From Paraspadella gotoi (taxonomy: Eukaryota; Animalia; Chaetognatha): a stretch of DNA of 64,000 nucleotides. Position numbers and translations under genes: made by a program. Positions 10,830 through 24,114 of the stretch are shown piece by piece. Within the stretch, counting starts at the first letter, position 1, and every line of letters starts with the position of its first letter. Below the pieces are notes generated by a model, which was given only the letters and a program-made list of their open reading frames with translations, was not told the DNA's origin and made no database searches. Where the stretch lies: positions 9,931,205 through 9,995,204 of the forward strand of contig CM119270.1 of NCBI GenBank assembly GCA_051294375.1. Reading direction: 5' to 3'.

Positions 10830-11768
10830 CAACTTGCATACTTTTTTTCAACTGCAATTTTTTTCAACTGCATAATTTTTTAACTTGCATAATTTGGGTT
10901 GTTGTGGTTTTAACTGCATAACTTTTTTTAACTTGCCATAATATTAACTTATATATATATATATTTTTATACTTGCATAATTTATATCTATAATTTTTCA
11001 ACTCGCATAATTTTTTCAACTCGCATATTTTTTTAATTTGCATAAATTTTTCAACTTGCATAATTTTTTTAACTTGCATAATTTTTCCAATTTGCATAAT
11101 TTTTTAATTTGCATAATTTTTTAACTTGCATAATTTTTCAACTTGCATAATTTTTTTCAACTTGCATAATTTTTTCAATTTGCATAATTTTTTTAACTTG
11201 CATAATTTTTTTAACTTGCATAATTTTTTCAATTTGCATAATTTTTTAAACTTGCATAATTTTTTTGAATTTGTATAATTTTTAAACTTGCATAATTTTT
11301 TAAATTGCATAATTTTTTCAACTTGTATATTTTTTTAACTTGCAGAATTTTTTAATTTGCATAATTTTTTCAACTTGCATTATTTTTAACTCTGTATAAT
11401 TGTTTCAACTTGCTATAATTTTTTCAACTTGCATAATTTTTTCAACTTTCATAATTTTTTCAACTTGTATGATTTTTTTAACTTGCATAATTTTTTAATT
11501 TGCATAATTTTTTAAATTGTATCTATTTTTCAACTTGTATAATTTTTAAACTTGCATAATTTTTTCAATTTGCATAATTTTTTCAACTTGCATTATTTTT
11601 TAACTTGCATAATTTTTCAACTTGCATAATTTTTCAATGCCATAATTTTTTCAACTTGCATAATTTTTTTAACTTGTATAATTTTTTTAACTGCATATTT
11701 TTTTTAATTTGCATAATTTTTTAATTGCATAATTTTTTCAACTTGCATAATTTTTTCAACTTGCATAA
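10830..11768. repeat. Tandem array of ~18-19-bp units (AACTTGCATAATTTTTTC)n
   Basis: About 50 visible units; related to the HINE internal unit AACTTGCATAATTTGGTC. Confidence 0.9.
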
Positions 11769-12822
11769 TATAGCAGTCAGTATTACTAAAAAAAAAAGAA
11801 GTTATAAAATTATTCTAATTGAGAAGGATACAACTGACCAGTAGCTAATAAAAGCATCATGAACAATTAATTAAAAACTATGTTTATTATGCTAAAAAAA
11901 ATTCAAAGTTATAAATTTTTTCATATATTTAATTATTTAAATTATTTATTTTCTATATCAAAACATAATCGTAATAAACTTCCTATATATGTATTTGAAG
12001 GCCTATATTAGGTAGGTAAGTCCCTTATAATATAAAATTTTTCTTCAATCATTTGGCATAGTTATAATTTTTTTTAATTTAAATTATTTGAAAAAAATTA
12101 AAATAATATTTTAATAAAGAAAATTAATTACAACTATTAAAGATAGAATAATGGTTATGGACTCAAAACGAAAGGAAATTGTTCATAGATTATAGATGAT
12201 GCATGATATTTTCATTTTTAAAAAAATTTAAACCATTTTTTAATTTTTTTTATTCTACTTTATTGATTTTATATAGCTAATTTTAATATTAATTTTAAAA
12301 AAAACTGTCATTAGGAAAAATTTGTTTACCCTTTTTTTGTGTAGCCCAAAGGTCCGGAAACATATCCCGGGACATCTCATTCTTGTGCACTCGATGCCGA
12401 TTAAATCGATGTAAAAAGGAACCGTGTATAAATATAATCACTGCGAAAATTAAAAAACATAAAATTATTTTTTTTACAAATTTAATGCTTCACTGATGGT
12501 ATGTTGTTCATAATTGACTTTTCGTATGTAACTTTCACTACGCCTTAATGGTCACGTGACCAATTTCCACCAATCACAGATCGCAATTTAAGATTCTTTT
12601 AAAAATTTTAAAATTTGCAGTAGATCCTGAATATTTTTTTGGAATTTATTATTGTGAAATCAAATAAAACTACATTGGGTAAAGGAATCACCGACAGGCA
12701 ACATATTTAGAAAAATTATATGTGCATATGATCCGCCCTAGGCCTGTCTATTGTACAATTTACACGAAAACGTGTTTAAAGAAAAGTCAAAACAATTGTA
12801 AAACAAATACTTGTAATTGTTA

Positions 12823-12965
12823 TCAAATGGGCATGAATACTTTAATGGCATCACGACATCGTGTCTGATTTGTTTGATTCACTGAACCAAGGAAAGTCGA
12901 CCGTTTTCCTGAGATTTCGCCATCTTCATCATCCTCTGTTTCGCAGCAACGGCCTCTTGATAATC
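12823..12965 (-). CDS. PRRT3/4-like terminal exon (putative)
   Basis: atgcag|ga LSRGRCCETEDDEDGEISG...KVFMPI-TGA; phase-compatible. Confidence 0.5.
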
Positions 12966-13383
12966 CTGCATTACAAATATTTCTTATGAAATTGGTACAA
13001 CCAATTATATATTATTAAAATTAATAAATAATCTATCTTGACCCCTGACTTTGGACAATGACATAGCAGGTCCCTGCAAGCTTTCAATCAAGACTCTCTC
13101 TCAGTTTCGTTTATTCACTCCTAAATTACCTGGCTTCCCTATCAATGAAGTGGTATAATGTTTTAAAGAATGTTTCAATTGTATGAAAAGTAGTATATTG
13201 TACTCCGCCCAGCATCAAAAATACAAGAAGCTGAATTTTATGAAAATTGGTACAACCAATATAAAAATTATCCATTCATTTAATAAATAATTATTTAGTA
13301 TGTTAATTATTTATTTAGTCTATAAACATTTTTAATTTAGGTTACGATTAATTCGTCAATGATTGAATATTAAAATATCTCAC

Positions 13384-13628
13384 CTTGAACGTTCTCACGT
13401 GAGAAAAAGTCTTGAAGGGGCGTGGAGATAGGAATGAGGGCGTGTGAAGGGCTGAGGCGCATTGAGGGCGTGGGGGCGCTGCGGGTTTGGGGGTCGGAGC
13501 GACGGGGAACAGAGGGGGTTGGCGAAGATTCCTGGCTCGACTCGGCGATGGTGGCGTGAGTGGGGGCGGGAGTGGTGAGGAAAGGGTGAAAGTCTTCGAG
13601 CGATCGACTTAATCGGTGGTTTAAGTAT
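13384..13628 (-). CDS. PRRT3/4-like exon 12 (Pro/Ser-rich)
   Basis: gttcag|a YLNHRLSRSLEDFHPF...FFSRENVQ g|gtgaga; phase-compatible. Confidence 0.6.
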
Positions 13629-14026
13629 CTGAACATTTAATAAAAAAATAAAGAAAAAATAATAAATAGTGGAGATTCTGAGTATTATTATATAAGAAAG
13701 AAAATAAAATCGACGGACGAATTCTTTAAAAATTCCATTGCCCGATAAGAAATTATTTTGAATTCTTCTTTGTATTGTTTTGTTTACCAATGTAACCAAA
13801 GTTTCTCTCTCTATAAAAATGAATGCCACTTTGTACAATTAGCCAATTCGATTACATTCGCTTTTCTGATTTCAATAAATCGATTCAACTCATTTTGTTC
13901 GCCATTTTTATCTCAAGTTAAGCGTTGCTCAATTATCTACATAACATGAATCACATGAGCCCATTCACCCAAATTTTTCCAAGCATTTTCCATCTCACCT
14001 CTCCTCACACACCCCGACTCCCTCAC

Positions 14027-14165
14027 CCGCTTTCCAGTCCCGACTCTGCATCGAATGGTCCCTCCAGCTGCTGACCCAAGAGACTCTTTCTCGATCGAGC
14101 GCCGACGCCGACGCGAGAACAGGAGCCTCGTTGGGGAATGGCCAGGCCGAGACCGCGGTTCTCGC
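14027..14165 (-). CDS. PRRT3/4-like exon 11
   Basis: catccag|gc ENRGLGLAIPQRG...DAESGLES gg|gtgagg; open in the required phase. Confidence 0.6.
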
Positions 14166-14354
14166 CTGGATGGAGGAAAGGGAGAGGAAAGGGAGGAAAG
14201 GGAAGAGGAAAATATAGGGAAAAGATTGGACAAAGGAAGAAAGGAGAGACGAAAAAGGGAGAAAGAAAGGGAGAAAAAAAGAAAAAGGAGAAATTTATAA
14301 AGGAGAAGAAAAAAGGAAAAACGAAGGAGAAAAAAACGAGTTGAAAATGAAGTC

Positions 14355-15038
14355 AACAAGTTTGAGCAAACAATGTCGGATCTGCCTACGATAATTAAGT
14401 GGTAATAAGCTAACTTGGTTAACTTGCATAATTTAATCAACTTGCATTATTTGGTCAACTAGCATAATTTGGTCAACTGACATAATTTTGTCAGCTGGCA
14501 TAATTTGGTCAACTGACATAATTTGGTCAACTGACAAAATTTGGTCAACTGACAAAATTTGGTCAACTTACAAAATTTGGTCAACTGACAAAATTTGGTC
14601 AACTGACAAAATTTGGTCAACTGACATAATTTGGTCAACTGACATAATTTGGTCAACTGACTTAATTTGTTTAACTGACTTAATTTATTTAACTGATTTA
14701 ATTTGTTTAACTGACATAATTTGGTTAACTGTCATAATTTGTTCAACTGACATAATTTGGTAAACTGACATAATTTGGTTATATCCATCTCAATCACAGT
14801 TTCCTACCTACACACAAAATTTCATACCAATCCATCCATCCAATCACGAGTAATTGGAGTTTTTTGCTAAGGGTGGACGGACGAAAGGACGGATGGATGG
14901 ACATTTTTTTGCATAATTTATCATAGTTCGAGGTTCTGTTATGATAATAATTATTTACCGACAATATTTTGGGGTGGGACCGACGGACCGACAAAGTGAA
15001 TTATAGAGTCGGAATCTGCTGATTAGCAAATCTGACTA
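14355..15038 (-). mobile_element. HINE/DINE-1-like (Helentron-associated) element with 18-bp internal array
   Basis: 5' hairpin of the AGTCGGATCTGC-TTATCA-GCAGATCCCGACT type, GTCC microsatellite, 3' subTIR GCAGATCCGAC plus GTTTG-CT-CAAAC stem-loop, T-rich insertion site; array (CATAATTTGGTCAACTGA)n at ~14415-14780. Confidence 0.8.
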
Positions 15039-15110
15039 AAAAAAGGGGAAGACAGAAAAGGGTGAAAGATTTAAAAGAATAAAAGGAGAGAAAAAAGAGA
15101 AGGAAAAAAA

Positions 15111-15143
<33 letters not shown>

Positions 15144-15162
15144 ATCTCTCTATCTAACCCAC

Positions 15163-15296
15163 CCGAGAGCGTGAGAAGGCCTTGCTTGTTCAACTCCCTC
15201 TCTATCGAGTCCGAGATGGAACAGGACGGAGGACGAAACGTCCAAGTTGCCTCCGATTTGATGGAACGCAAATCCGCTTCGCTGTCGAGACCAAAT
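15163..15296 (-). CDS. PRRT3/4-like exon 10 (FRPPS motif)
   Basis: tttttag|a FGLDSEADLRSIKSEATWTFRPPSCSISDSIERELNKQGLLTLS g|gtgggt. Confidence 0.72.
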
Positions 15297-15357
15297 CTAA
15301 AAAAAGATTGTTCAATCAAAACAAAACGATGGAGCAATCAAAACCACTCGAGCTTAC

Positions 15358-15632
15358 CTGTCAACCAACGGCCCTCCTCCGTCTAGCGAAGTCATCATCA
15401 TCTTTTCACTCTTCCTCCTCATTTCCTCCTCCTCTTCCTCTTCCTCGATTCCAAGGCGCCCATGTCCTAACCCGGCATCTTTTTTAAAAATGGCGCCGGT
15501 GGGAAAACCAGGTTCGAATCCGGCGTTGTCGACGCGGAATCTAGGGGCGACGTGGTGGAACCGGGCGCGGTCCTGGTCGACCTCGGGCAGTTCGTTTTCG
15601 TCCGGAGTGGAACAACTGTTGCCTTCGCCGCT
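15358..15632 (-). CDS. PRRT3/4-like exon 9
   Basis: SGEGNSCSTPDENELPEV...GGGPLVD ag|gtaagc; acceptor is weak (aaaaag|) so the start is approximate; small extra exons at 15860-16050 cannot be excluded. Confidence 0.6.
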
Positions 15633-16069
15633 CTTTTTGGGGGTCGGGGGGAAAGGGGGGAGGAAATGAAAATAGTGCACTGGTGGTCAATGTTCAAATC
15701 GTCAAATATTGAAAATAATTTTTATTTTCAATAATTTTTATTTAATTTTTTTTTAATTATTGGGTATTTGGTTTTGAATTCTTGTTTTTTTTAATTTCTC
15801 TATCTCTATCTCTCTCTCTCTCTCTTTTTTTTTTTATTTCTTTCTTTTTTTCCTCGCCAACCTTTTGAAGTGGATACATTGGTAGACGCGTCAAAACAGC
15901 GCCAATCAAATTCCGAGAGATGAACCTCCGCTTCATCTTGACTTTTCTTTCTTTCTTTTTTTCTTTCTCTCTTTCTCTCATCACAGAAGATAGCTCGATT
16001 CCATTTCGGTGATTTCTCCCCGAGCTTCTGATCCGGTTCCATCTCTGTATCTTCTGTGATGCTCTCTTG

Positions 16070-16440
16070 CTTTATTTCTCTCTTTCATTATTTCTTTATT
16101 TTTTTATTTCCTTATTTCTTTATTTCATTATTTCATTATTTCATTATTTCATTATTTCATTATTTCATTATTTCTATATTTCTATATTTCTATATTTCTA
16201 TATTTTTTATTTCTTTATTTCTGTATTTCTGTATTTCTTTATTTCTATATTTCTTTATTTCTTTATTTCTTTATTTCTATATTTCTATATTTCTATATTT
16301 CTTTATTTCTTTATTTTTATATTTCTTTATTTCTTTATTTATTTATTTATTTATTTTTTTTTTATTTTTTTATTTTTTTATTTTTTTATTTCTTTATTTC
16401 TTTATTTCTTTCTTTCAATTATTTTTTCTTTTTTTTTCTT
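16070..16440. repeat. 8-bp-type minisatellite (TATTTCTT/TATTTCAT/TATTTCTA)n
   Basis: Direct reading; explains the spurious F/I/S/L/Y-rich ORFs. Confidence 0.85.
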
Positions 16441-16819
16441 CCTTTCTTTCTTTATCGATTTACTTTATTTATTTTTCTTATTTTGGAAGACAATTTTTGG
16501 CTCAGAGACATTTTTCAGCCAAAACAAAAACATCAGAGACCGAAAAAATCGATACAAAAACGATCAGTATTTATAGAGGTCAATCGCATCATCGACACGG
16601 GTTCATTTTCCCGATGGCATGAAACCCTTCTTCTCATTGGTCGGTTCCGATGGTGATTCGTCTAATGAGAGAATCCTCGGCGAATTATATCAGAGTCGCG
16701 GATCCGATTCCAACTTTGGTTCCGATTCCCTTTTCGATGAGTAGGCCAATCCGTGTCTCACCTTACACCAACCAACTACCACCCAAAGATTCACCCAACA
16801 TCCCCTCACCCACCCTTAC

Positions 16820-16919
16820 CTCTCCGTCCAAGTCCAAGCGGATAAATCCGTCTTGAACAACGAGTAGGGATTTTGTGACCGACTTTGTCGCTGACGCCGT
16901 CGACCCTGGCGTCGCGCAT
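16820..16919 (-). CDS. PRRT3/4-like exon 8
   Basis: cacag|a CATPGSTASATKSVTKSLLVVQDGFIRLDLDGE|gtaagg; in phase with exon 7. Confidence 0.72.
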
Positions 16920-17304
16920 CTGTGGAGGAATTTCGATTACCTAAATTTCATTTGCATATTGGAGAAAAATAGCTTTAGGTCTAACCTAGTTTCAAAGTGT
17001 GATATGAAACTATTAGTCGTTTAAATTCGTTCATCTTTAATTTACGTAGAATGATGGGTTTAAACCTAATTGGCATTAAAAAGAAATCTATCAATTTGAT
17101 AAGGATAATGGATTGAAAAATAGCAGCAGTGAAAATTTTGCAATTTGTGACACAAATTGTGTAAAAACTATAGTAAAAGCAAAATGTTCAAGTTGTCAGT
17201 ATAATCTTCAAGCTAAATAGTCGATTCCGTCATTACTTTTGAGTTAAGAAAAATGTTGGTCTTAAAAAAAATATTTGTTAGAAATTAAGTTTTAAAAAGT
17301 CTAC

Positions 17305-17575
17305 TTCGTCGCCGCCATTTCTGTCACCCACCTTGACGTGGTGTAGTCAATCGTCGTGGCGCAGTGAGTCTCCATGGTGGCGCAGCGATCATCTTCCTCG
17401 CTTGGAGTTGGAGACGCGCGGGAAAAGTCACGATGGTGACGCAACTTGTGCCCCAAACCAGAAGTTGGCGTGGAGTCGTAACTGAACGGAGACGAGTGGT
17501 GAGAGCGGCGGGGGGTGTCGACGACGTCGTGACGCTGCATTCCCCTGCAGGTGGCGCAGCAGAAGCCGCAGCAGC
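17305..17575 (-). CDS. PRRT3/4-like exon 7 (Cys cluster, cytoplasmic tail)
   Basis: caacag|GCCGFCCATCRGMQRHDVV...EMAAT aa|gtagac. Confidence 0.75.
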
Positions 17576-18010
17576 CTGTTGGAGGAAAGGTGGAGGAAAA
17601 ATGGAGAAGAGAGAGATATTAAGGGAAATAATTAAATAAATTCAATAAATTCAATAAATAATATAATATATATATATATATATAAAATATATAAAATTTC
17701 ATAATATATAATAATCGAAAAACTAGAAACGTGAATAAAAATAAAACAAAACAAAACTAAACCAAAATAATAAGAATTTGAATTTCGACGGGATTCGGAT
17801 TTAGATTTTATCTGTTCTTTGGTCGTCGGTTGTCAGAGAAACCGTCTCCCTTGGGAGAATGATCCAGCAAATTATATTAGTTATAATATTCATAATGTTT
17901 ACAGAGTTATATGGCGAAAATGCAAACCATAGATGATTGCAATATGTTTTCCAACGTTTTAAATGCCAAGAAACTCAAGTCAGGAAAACAAATTCTCAAT
18001 GGGGAGAGAA

Positions 18011-18090
<80 letters not shown>

Positions 18091-18095
18091 GAGAG

Positions 18096-18127
<32 letters not shown>

Positions 18128-18269
18128 TCTAAGAAAAGATGACGGCTGCAACAAAATTGTCAAAGAGACGAAAAGACATAGGTGAAAACCAGACAGACGG
18201 ACTGACCGATAGAGACGGAGAGATTTAAATCCAAACAGCCATGACATCCACACAGACCTCTTAACGAAC

Positions 18270-18438
18270 CTGGATAAGGATTCTTCGGTCGGTGTCTGAG
18301 AAGGAGATTTGCCGCGACGACGACGAAGATAATGAAGACGACTTCGAGGGAGCGCATGACCGAATGGAAGCACCACCAGAGGAACGGGGAAGGGGGCGCT
18401 CGATTGAGCACACCGTAGACAAAAAGCATGCCGAACAC
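18270..18438 (-). CDS. PRRT3/4-like exon 6 (TM7)
   Basis: ccctag|VFGMLFVYGVLNRAPPSPFLWWCFHSVMRSLEVVFIIFVVVAANLLLRHRPKNPYP g|gttcgt. Confidence 0.85.
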
Positions 18439-18492
18439 CTAGGGAGTTCAAGAGAAAGAGTACAGAAGGCTTCGTATTATAAAATGAGGTAC

Positions 18493-18725
18493 TATGGTGG
18501 TATATTCACACCACCTCACGTCCTCGATCGTTCAGCCAATACCATTGACTCAGAGGGGGGACACACCATCCCAGGCGTTGCGTTCCATCCACAGTCCTAA
18601 CGACTTCCCTCTGCGTCCTAGGGTAACCGCACCAGTGACTGGATGCGTCACTGAGGGTCGGAAACCCCCAAAGCCAACAGTGAGATGCCCCATCCCAATG
18701 GGCATCACAGGCAACGCGGCTGTTG
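18493..18725 (+). mobile_element. Family 2 copy with 17-nt deletion through the ribozyme core
   Basis: ctgcgt[tggcaaagcgagaccgt]cctaggg; deletion between CGT microhomologies. Confidence 0.85.
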
Positions 18726-18872
18726 TGACCAGAACTTGTTCCGAGAAAACTGCTGGACCAAATTTATTGATCCTTATGTGAATACAAATAGAACTATCGA
18801 GGCGAATTTCAATATTTGACCTCTGAGCTTCCCAAGACCCCTCCAGCTCCCGTTTTCGGGTGCAATCCTTAC

Positions 18873-18970
18873 TTTTTATCGAGCCATGACCGGCGAAGCC
18901 GGTTCAGGCTCTATAATGTTTTAGGATTGCTTCTTTGTGACGTCGTCGTCGTCGTCACGCTGTTTTTATA
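18873..18970 (+). mobile_element. 5' end of a second HINE-like family
   Basis: TTTTTATCGAG..ACCGGCGAAGCCGGT hairpin, CTATAAT, (GTC)n; inverted relative at ~31745-31847. Confidence 0.5.
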
Positions 18971-20057
18971 TAAAAACTACTGCGCTTTTATAGTTTTGGC
19001 TGGGACTTACCGTTTTTTTTAAATAAAAATTATTATGAATTACAATGAAGTATTATAAAAGTGTGCCATCATAGTAAGTTAAAAATTTAGATATGGCTTC
19101 TTATCTTGAAATAGCTTTGATATTTTCTTATACATTTGTTGTTTTAATTTTTTTGTTTGAATTTCCACTTCATTATTATTTACTGCAATATGCCAAATGA
19201 GATTATAGTACTCATTATAATATCCAAATTAGTATATAGAAATGCTTTAATCTAATTTACATATTGCAGAATTTAATATTGAAGATGAAATTCAAAAAAA
19301 TTTTTTAAATCTATAATAAAAATGGGAACTCCAAATAACTTTTTAATGTACTAATTCATAAGAAACTATAAAATATAACGTTCAAGAACATTCAAAATTC
19401 AAATTTTTAAACCAAAAAATCAAGAAACAAAAGACACAAACGTTTAATGGACTCATCAATAAAATATTATGAACTAATTCATAAGAAACTATAAAATACA
19501 AGAACAAATACAAATACAAGAACGTTCAAAATTCAAATTTTAAACCAAAAAATATGAAAACAAAGACAAAAACAAAAAAATAAAGCATAAACGAAAAACA
19601 ACGTTAATAAAAACAAGAACAAAATAAAAAATATAAAGCATAAATGAAATATACCTAAAATGTATAATTATAATGTGTTAAAGTAAAGGCAAAAAATAGG
19701 AATTTTTTTTTATAAAAAATTTTTAATAATCGTAAAACGTCAAGGTTTTATTTTTATAAAACGTCATTATAAGTATTTAATGCTTAGTGTATAAATATAC
19801 CAAAAATTTATAATAAAATGTGTTAAAGTAAAGGGCAGAGGACCACAATGCTATTAATAGAATAAAAAACTACAATCAATATATTATATATCTACATATA
19901 TACAACACACATATACAGTACATATATATATAAGCACGCAAATCAACAGAAAGGAGACACTTATAAAAACTAAAGACGCTCAATAAAAAACAAAGAAGAA
20001 AAAAGACGCTAAAACGAAATGAGACCTACAAGAGACGCTAAAAAACAAATGAGTATC

Positions 20058-20687
20058 TTATGCAACAGGTTGCTGTGATGGCATTGGGATGGGCATTTAC
20101 TGTTGGTTGGGGGCTTAACGACTCATAGCATCCAGTACTGGCGCGGACCAGGCGGTCCGCTTTGCAAGCAAGATGGGATCATTAGGACTGTGGATGGATA
20201 TAAGTGGGATGTGTGCCACCCTGAGCCAATGTTTGGCTGAACGATCGTGGAGTGAGCGGTTGTGTATATACCCCACAGGATCGGCAAGACTCACTCAGTC
20301 CTCAAGCCTGAGAGGTGTTGGACAGACTGGTACCAAGTGGGAGAGAGAGGAGAGAGCTGCAGTTGTGGGGGCATATCGGTTTGTCGTAGCGTACCCCAGG
20401 GGCATAGGCGTTTGTCTACTACCCAATCAGCAGGCAATAGCTTTATACTAAATTCTTTCATATACTCACCCACTTTGCAACAGCCTTGCTGTATCCCATT
20501 GGGATGGGGCATCCTCAACTGTTGGCTTTCTTCCACCCTCATTACCCATCCATCACTCCCTTACCTACTCTCGCTTTGCAACCAAAAGGAAGTGCAAAGG
20601 ACTGTTGATTGGAACAATATGCCTGGGTTTTTCCCACCTACCAAATATTTGGCTGAACATTTGGATGGAGGCTGTGAATAACCGCCA
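20058..20687 (-). mobile_element. Family 2, degenerate head-to-tail tandem (~1.5 units)
   Basis: cattgggatggg(g)cat at ~20082 and ~20497; tttggctgaac at ~20232 and ~20648 (period ~415 nt). Confidence 0.75.
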
Positions 20688-21357
20688 AAAATATCAACGT
20701 ATCACGTATCACGCTAATAAAAACAAAGAAAATAAAAAATAAAAAGACGCTAATAAAAATAATGAATAATAATAATAAAAACAAAGATGCTAATAAACAT
20801 ACCACATAAAAATAAAAATGTGGTCCCACAATACCTACAATACATCTAAAATTTCATTCAAGATAAAAAATTTTTAAGATGAGGAAATGAAATTTATTTG
20901 AATAAGTAAAAAAAATATTTGGAAGTCAAAAATATCATAGTCGTTAACTGATTATTGTCAACTATATATTTTGTTAATAGAGATTATAATTTTTTGACCG
21001 TTATTATTGAAAATAGTTTAGCCTTATAGCGACGAGTTTTCATTTCATACAATCAATATCAATCTCATTAATTTTCAATAATATGCAAAAAAATAAGGTT
21101 TTCAACCTCATTTTGAACTAGATGAACAAAAGACTTCAGTCTTATTTCAATTGAAAAAAAAATAGAAAGTTAATTGATGCTTAATCACACTCTAATAAAA
21201 CAATTTTATTTTTATCACGCCACTTTTTTTTAATACAAAATCCCAAATTTATTTCCGAGATTTTCGTGGATTTTTATTTTTTACCTTCTAAAAACTTTTA
21301 TTATTATTTTATTATTCTCTCTATATTTCTCTCTCAATCAACTCTCTGTCGCTCTCT

Positions 21358-21403
<46 letters not shown>

Positions 21404-21414
21404 ATTAACTCATC

Positions 21415-21660
21415 ACGTCAATGAATGACTAGCATCGCATCAATGAATGACTATCATCGCATCATATGAATGACTATCATCGCATCAATGAATGATTATC
21501 ATCCGATCAATGAAGGACTATCATCGCATCAATGAATGATTATCATCGCATCAATGAATGACTATCATCGCATCCATCATTTGGTTATCCATCGCATCAA
21601 TCCTTCGGTTATCATCGCATCAATATTTGGTTATCATCGCATCAATATTTGGTTATCATC
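21415..21660. repeat. 20-bp tandem repeat (GACTATCATCGCATCAATGA-type)
   Basis: About 12 units; inverted relatives at ~24880-24975 and ~29270-29530. Confidence 0.8.
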
Positions 21661-24114
21661 AAAAGTAGGCCTGCGATTCCTATTGCTTTTAAGATTTTTT
21701 AGCCCGGATCGCTTTCGGTTTCGAGTGCACATCACTTCCTTCCTTTAGAAATTTTACATTTGTTATTATTTATAAAAATATTCTCTTGAGACATGTAATT
21801 CATTCAACAATCTTTTTTGTTAACAAATAACAACTGAAATTTTTACTATGAAAACTTGTAAGATTTGTAAGATTGTAAGAATCGTTTGAGTGGAAATTAC
21901 TTTAAATGAAAAAACAAAAAACCTGTTTCCCTATTTGCTTTTTTCTTTTTTATTAAATGTAAATACAAGCTGCATTAATTATTCAATTAATCAATTAATT
22001 AATCAAAAAATCAATTAACTAATCAACTAATCAATCAAAAAATTAATTAATCAATTAATTTATCAATCAACTAATTAATAATTTTATTTATCAATAAATT
22101 ATTAAAAAAACCAATTAATTAATTAATCAATCAATTGATCAATCAATTAAACAATGTCAGTATTATCATTGTCGTCATCTCCAACGTCATTTTTGCTTTT
22201 GTCCTTATCAGTGACCTGACAAAAAGACCTAAAAACTAACAGGCCTGATATGAATTTCATTTAATTGATCAATCAATAATTCAATTAATCACGATGGTGA
22301 TATCCTCGTCGTCATCATCATCATCATGGTCGTCATTTCTTTTGTCATAATGAAAAGACGAAAAAACAAACAAGTTTGAGCTAACAATGCCAAAACTGAT
22401 CAGTTAATTAATTATTCAATCAATTAATCAACAACAACTAGTATTTACATTGGCTGAGAAAAAGGTCAGCCATAACAAGGTCGGGTAAGAACAGGTCATT
22501 CTTATTGACCATTACTGTACTACGGGTCACAAAGTACAAAGACTTCATCGTCGTCTTTTTCATTGTATTCGTCGTCGTTGTCGTCTTTGTTAAAACCTAA
22601 ATGTTCTATGTTAATCTTTTAATTAATCAATATGTCATTAATTAATTATTAATTACCGCTAATGATCGTGGGCAGATCCGGCATTGTTTGCTCAAACTTG
22701 TTTATTAATAATTTAGATTTATTTATTTTATATATATTTTTTTATTTGCTTTTTTGTTCAGTGCGAGAGGGGAAAAAAAAAGAAGAGAAAGAGAGAGGGA
22801 GAGAGTTTGTTAGAGATATAAGTATGTATAAGCACAATATTATGCAATATTGCCAATAAAGCAGATCAATCTTTTTGGTTCAAACTAGTTTGTAACATGA
22901 AAAACCTTATGGATTTAAAAAAAAGTAGACTTAAATTTAAAGAAAAACAACAAAAATATAATAAATAAAATTTTTAGTTTTATTGAATTTAAAAAAGCTT
23001 AATTTATATTTTAATTTAACTTATAACTACAGTTTTTTCATATAAAAAAAATCTTTTGTTCAGCTCAGATTTTATTTCAATATATTAAAAAGAATAATTA
23101 AAAAATTAAATGTAATTTTTTTCATCGTGAATTTTTTTTTCATTTTGTTGTGTTTAAAATAACAAAAGTTTAAAATTGTTTTTAACAACGATTTACAATG
23201 TATTAAAAAATCGTTGTTGAAAGCAATTTCAAACTTCTTCTATTAGTAATTTTTTTCATTGATTCTCGACCAAAGAGAAAGAGAGAACAAAAAAAAACCA
23301 AAAAATAAAAGAAGAAAATAAGAAAAAGTGAATAAAAATATTAAGAGAAAACAATTTTAAATGTTGAAATCAAGAAAGAGCAGGGGGTTGCAAAGATTTT
23401 AATACATTAAATACCTTTCATTTCTAACCAATAAAAACAAATGACCAGGAAGCAAACACGCAGGGTTATTATAGGTTCCGGGTTCAATCCTTCATTCTCA
23501 ATTTTTTTATCGCTCCTGGTTTCGGGTTCTTCAAAAATCGGCCGCTTCCACACTCCACAGTGTTCGCTTACGCTTTCCGGATCGCGTCCACATCTCTGGT
23601 TTAAAACTTCAATACTGATGCTACTATTTTTTTTTAAAAATGAACAAAACATTTTTAGCCTTTTTTGGCCTCCCAGGGGTCCAACCCCAGGGCCATGTAT
23701 CTCTGGTCAGGGGTTGAATATCAAAATTCGCCTCGATAGTTCCATTTATATTGTCATTAGCACTCTAAATGTAAAATTTCATGAAATTCGATTGGGTAGT
23801 TTGGTGGGAACAGATTCTGGTAACAAAAAAGGGGTACTGTGGACGACACAAGTTTCAGAGTAAGAATGATTTATTCTTCAACAAGGTTAAAAACGATATC
23901 AATAAAAGGCTCAGATGCTAAGTCAAAAACAATAGATATTTACAAGGTCAAAGTTTGACCATAAAGAGAAATGAGGGAAAACGGTCGAGGGTAAGGTTGG
24001 CAAGTTCGGTTTTGACCAAGGTTGCGTGTTGTAGTTGTTCGTCCACAGTACCTCATTTTATAATATGCAGCCTTCTGTAAATGTGTGAGAGAGAGAGAGA
24101 GAGAGAGACATTAC

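Noticed and set aside
14415-14780. Regular 18-bp repeats resembling a CRISPR array or repeat protein (TKLCQL)n
   Set aside because: No unique spacers, eukaryotic context, and the repeats lie inside HINE elements; the ORFs are artefacts of stop-free repeats.
16690-16761. Alternative short terminal exon for the PRRT-like gene (VRHGLAYSS...PRL*)
   Set aside because: Poor acceptor, and the downstream FRPPS-motif exon indicates the frame continues; it may still be a minor isoform.
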